From IMG/VR virus record IMGVR_UViG_2526164693_000014: a stretch of DNA of 5,573 nucleotides; one strand, written 5' to 3'. Both the position numbers and the translations under genes were made by a program. The notes under the pieces were generated by a model. It was not told the origin of the DNA. It saw nothing but the letters and a program-made list of their open reading frames with translations, and did not search any database. Below are positions 5,506 to 5,573 of the stretch, in pieces. The stretch's first letter is position 1. Every line of letters begins with the position of its first letter. The stretch comes from a virus (taxonomy: Duplodnaviria > Heunggongvirae > Uroviricota > Caudoviricetes).

Positions 5506-5573
5506 ATGCAGAAACGAGACCCCGTCATCATCGCGCCAGACTATACCGATGATGAACTTTATGAGTGGATGCA
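5506..5573 (+). CDS. Hypothetical protein, 3'-partial in window (start only: MQKRDPVIIAPDYTDDELYEWM...)
   Basis: ATG at 5506 preceded by AAGGAG with a 5-nt spacer; open to the right edge. Function unknown. Confidence 0.5.
   Translation, partial: MQKRDPVIIAPDYTDDELYEWM

Larger units (their letters stand above)
1..5573. mobile_element. Lambdoid prophage early region (immunity plus replication module), partial; both ends lie outside the window
   Basis: Gene order and orientation match a lambda-like immunity/replication module: repressor diverging from a Cro-like gene, then a cII-position gene, O-like and P-like genes, with iterons inside the O-like gene. Inference from gene content; no attachment sites or integrase are in the window. 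Confidence 0.8.

Noticed and set aside
1-5573. CRISPR arrays, tRNA/rRNA genes, IS elements or integrase
   Set aside because: No spaced direct-repeat array, no cloverleaf-like tRNA candidates, no transposase or integrase-like ORFs and no terminal inverted repeats were seen; the only repeats are the iterons and operator half-sites.

Overview
The window reads as the early/immunity-replication region of a lambdoid prophage from an enterobacterial host, with the lambda map inverted. Reading right to left on the minus strand: a Cro/YdaS-like gene, a YdaT-like gene in the cII position, a lambda O-like initiator (N-terminal HTH, C-terminal DnaT-like domain) with iteron-type repeats and an AT-rich tract inside its linker, a lambda P-like helicase loader, then a tightly coupled run of small unknown genes and a 5'-partial gene. 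Diverging from the Cro-like gene on the plus strand is a 135-aa DicA-type HTH repressor with no LexA/S24 cleavage domain. CTTAGG-type half-sites recur both between the repressor and Cro-like genes and downstream of the repressor beside a sigma70-like promoter candidate. Beyond that promoter lie an unusually long leader, a weakly supported 99-aa ORF and the start of another gene; this is the position where lambda carries rexAB/N, so it is the best place here to look for undescribed cargo, but I cannot assign a function from sequence alone. All homology calls are from memory of family sequences, not from a search; no tRNA, rRNA, CRISPR array or transposase was seen.
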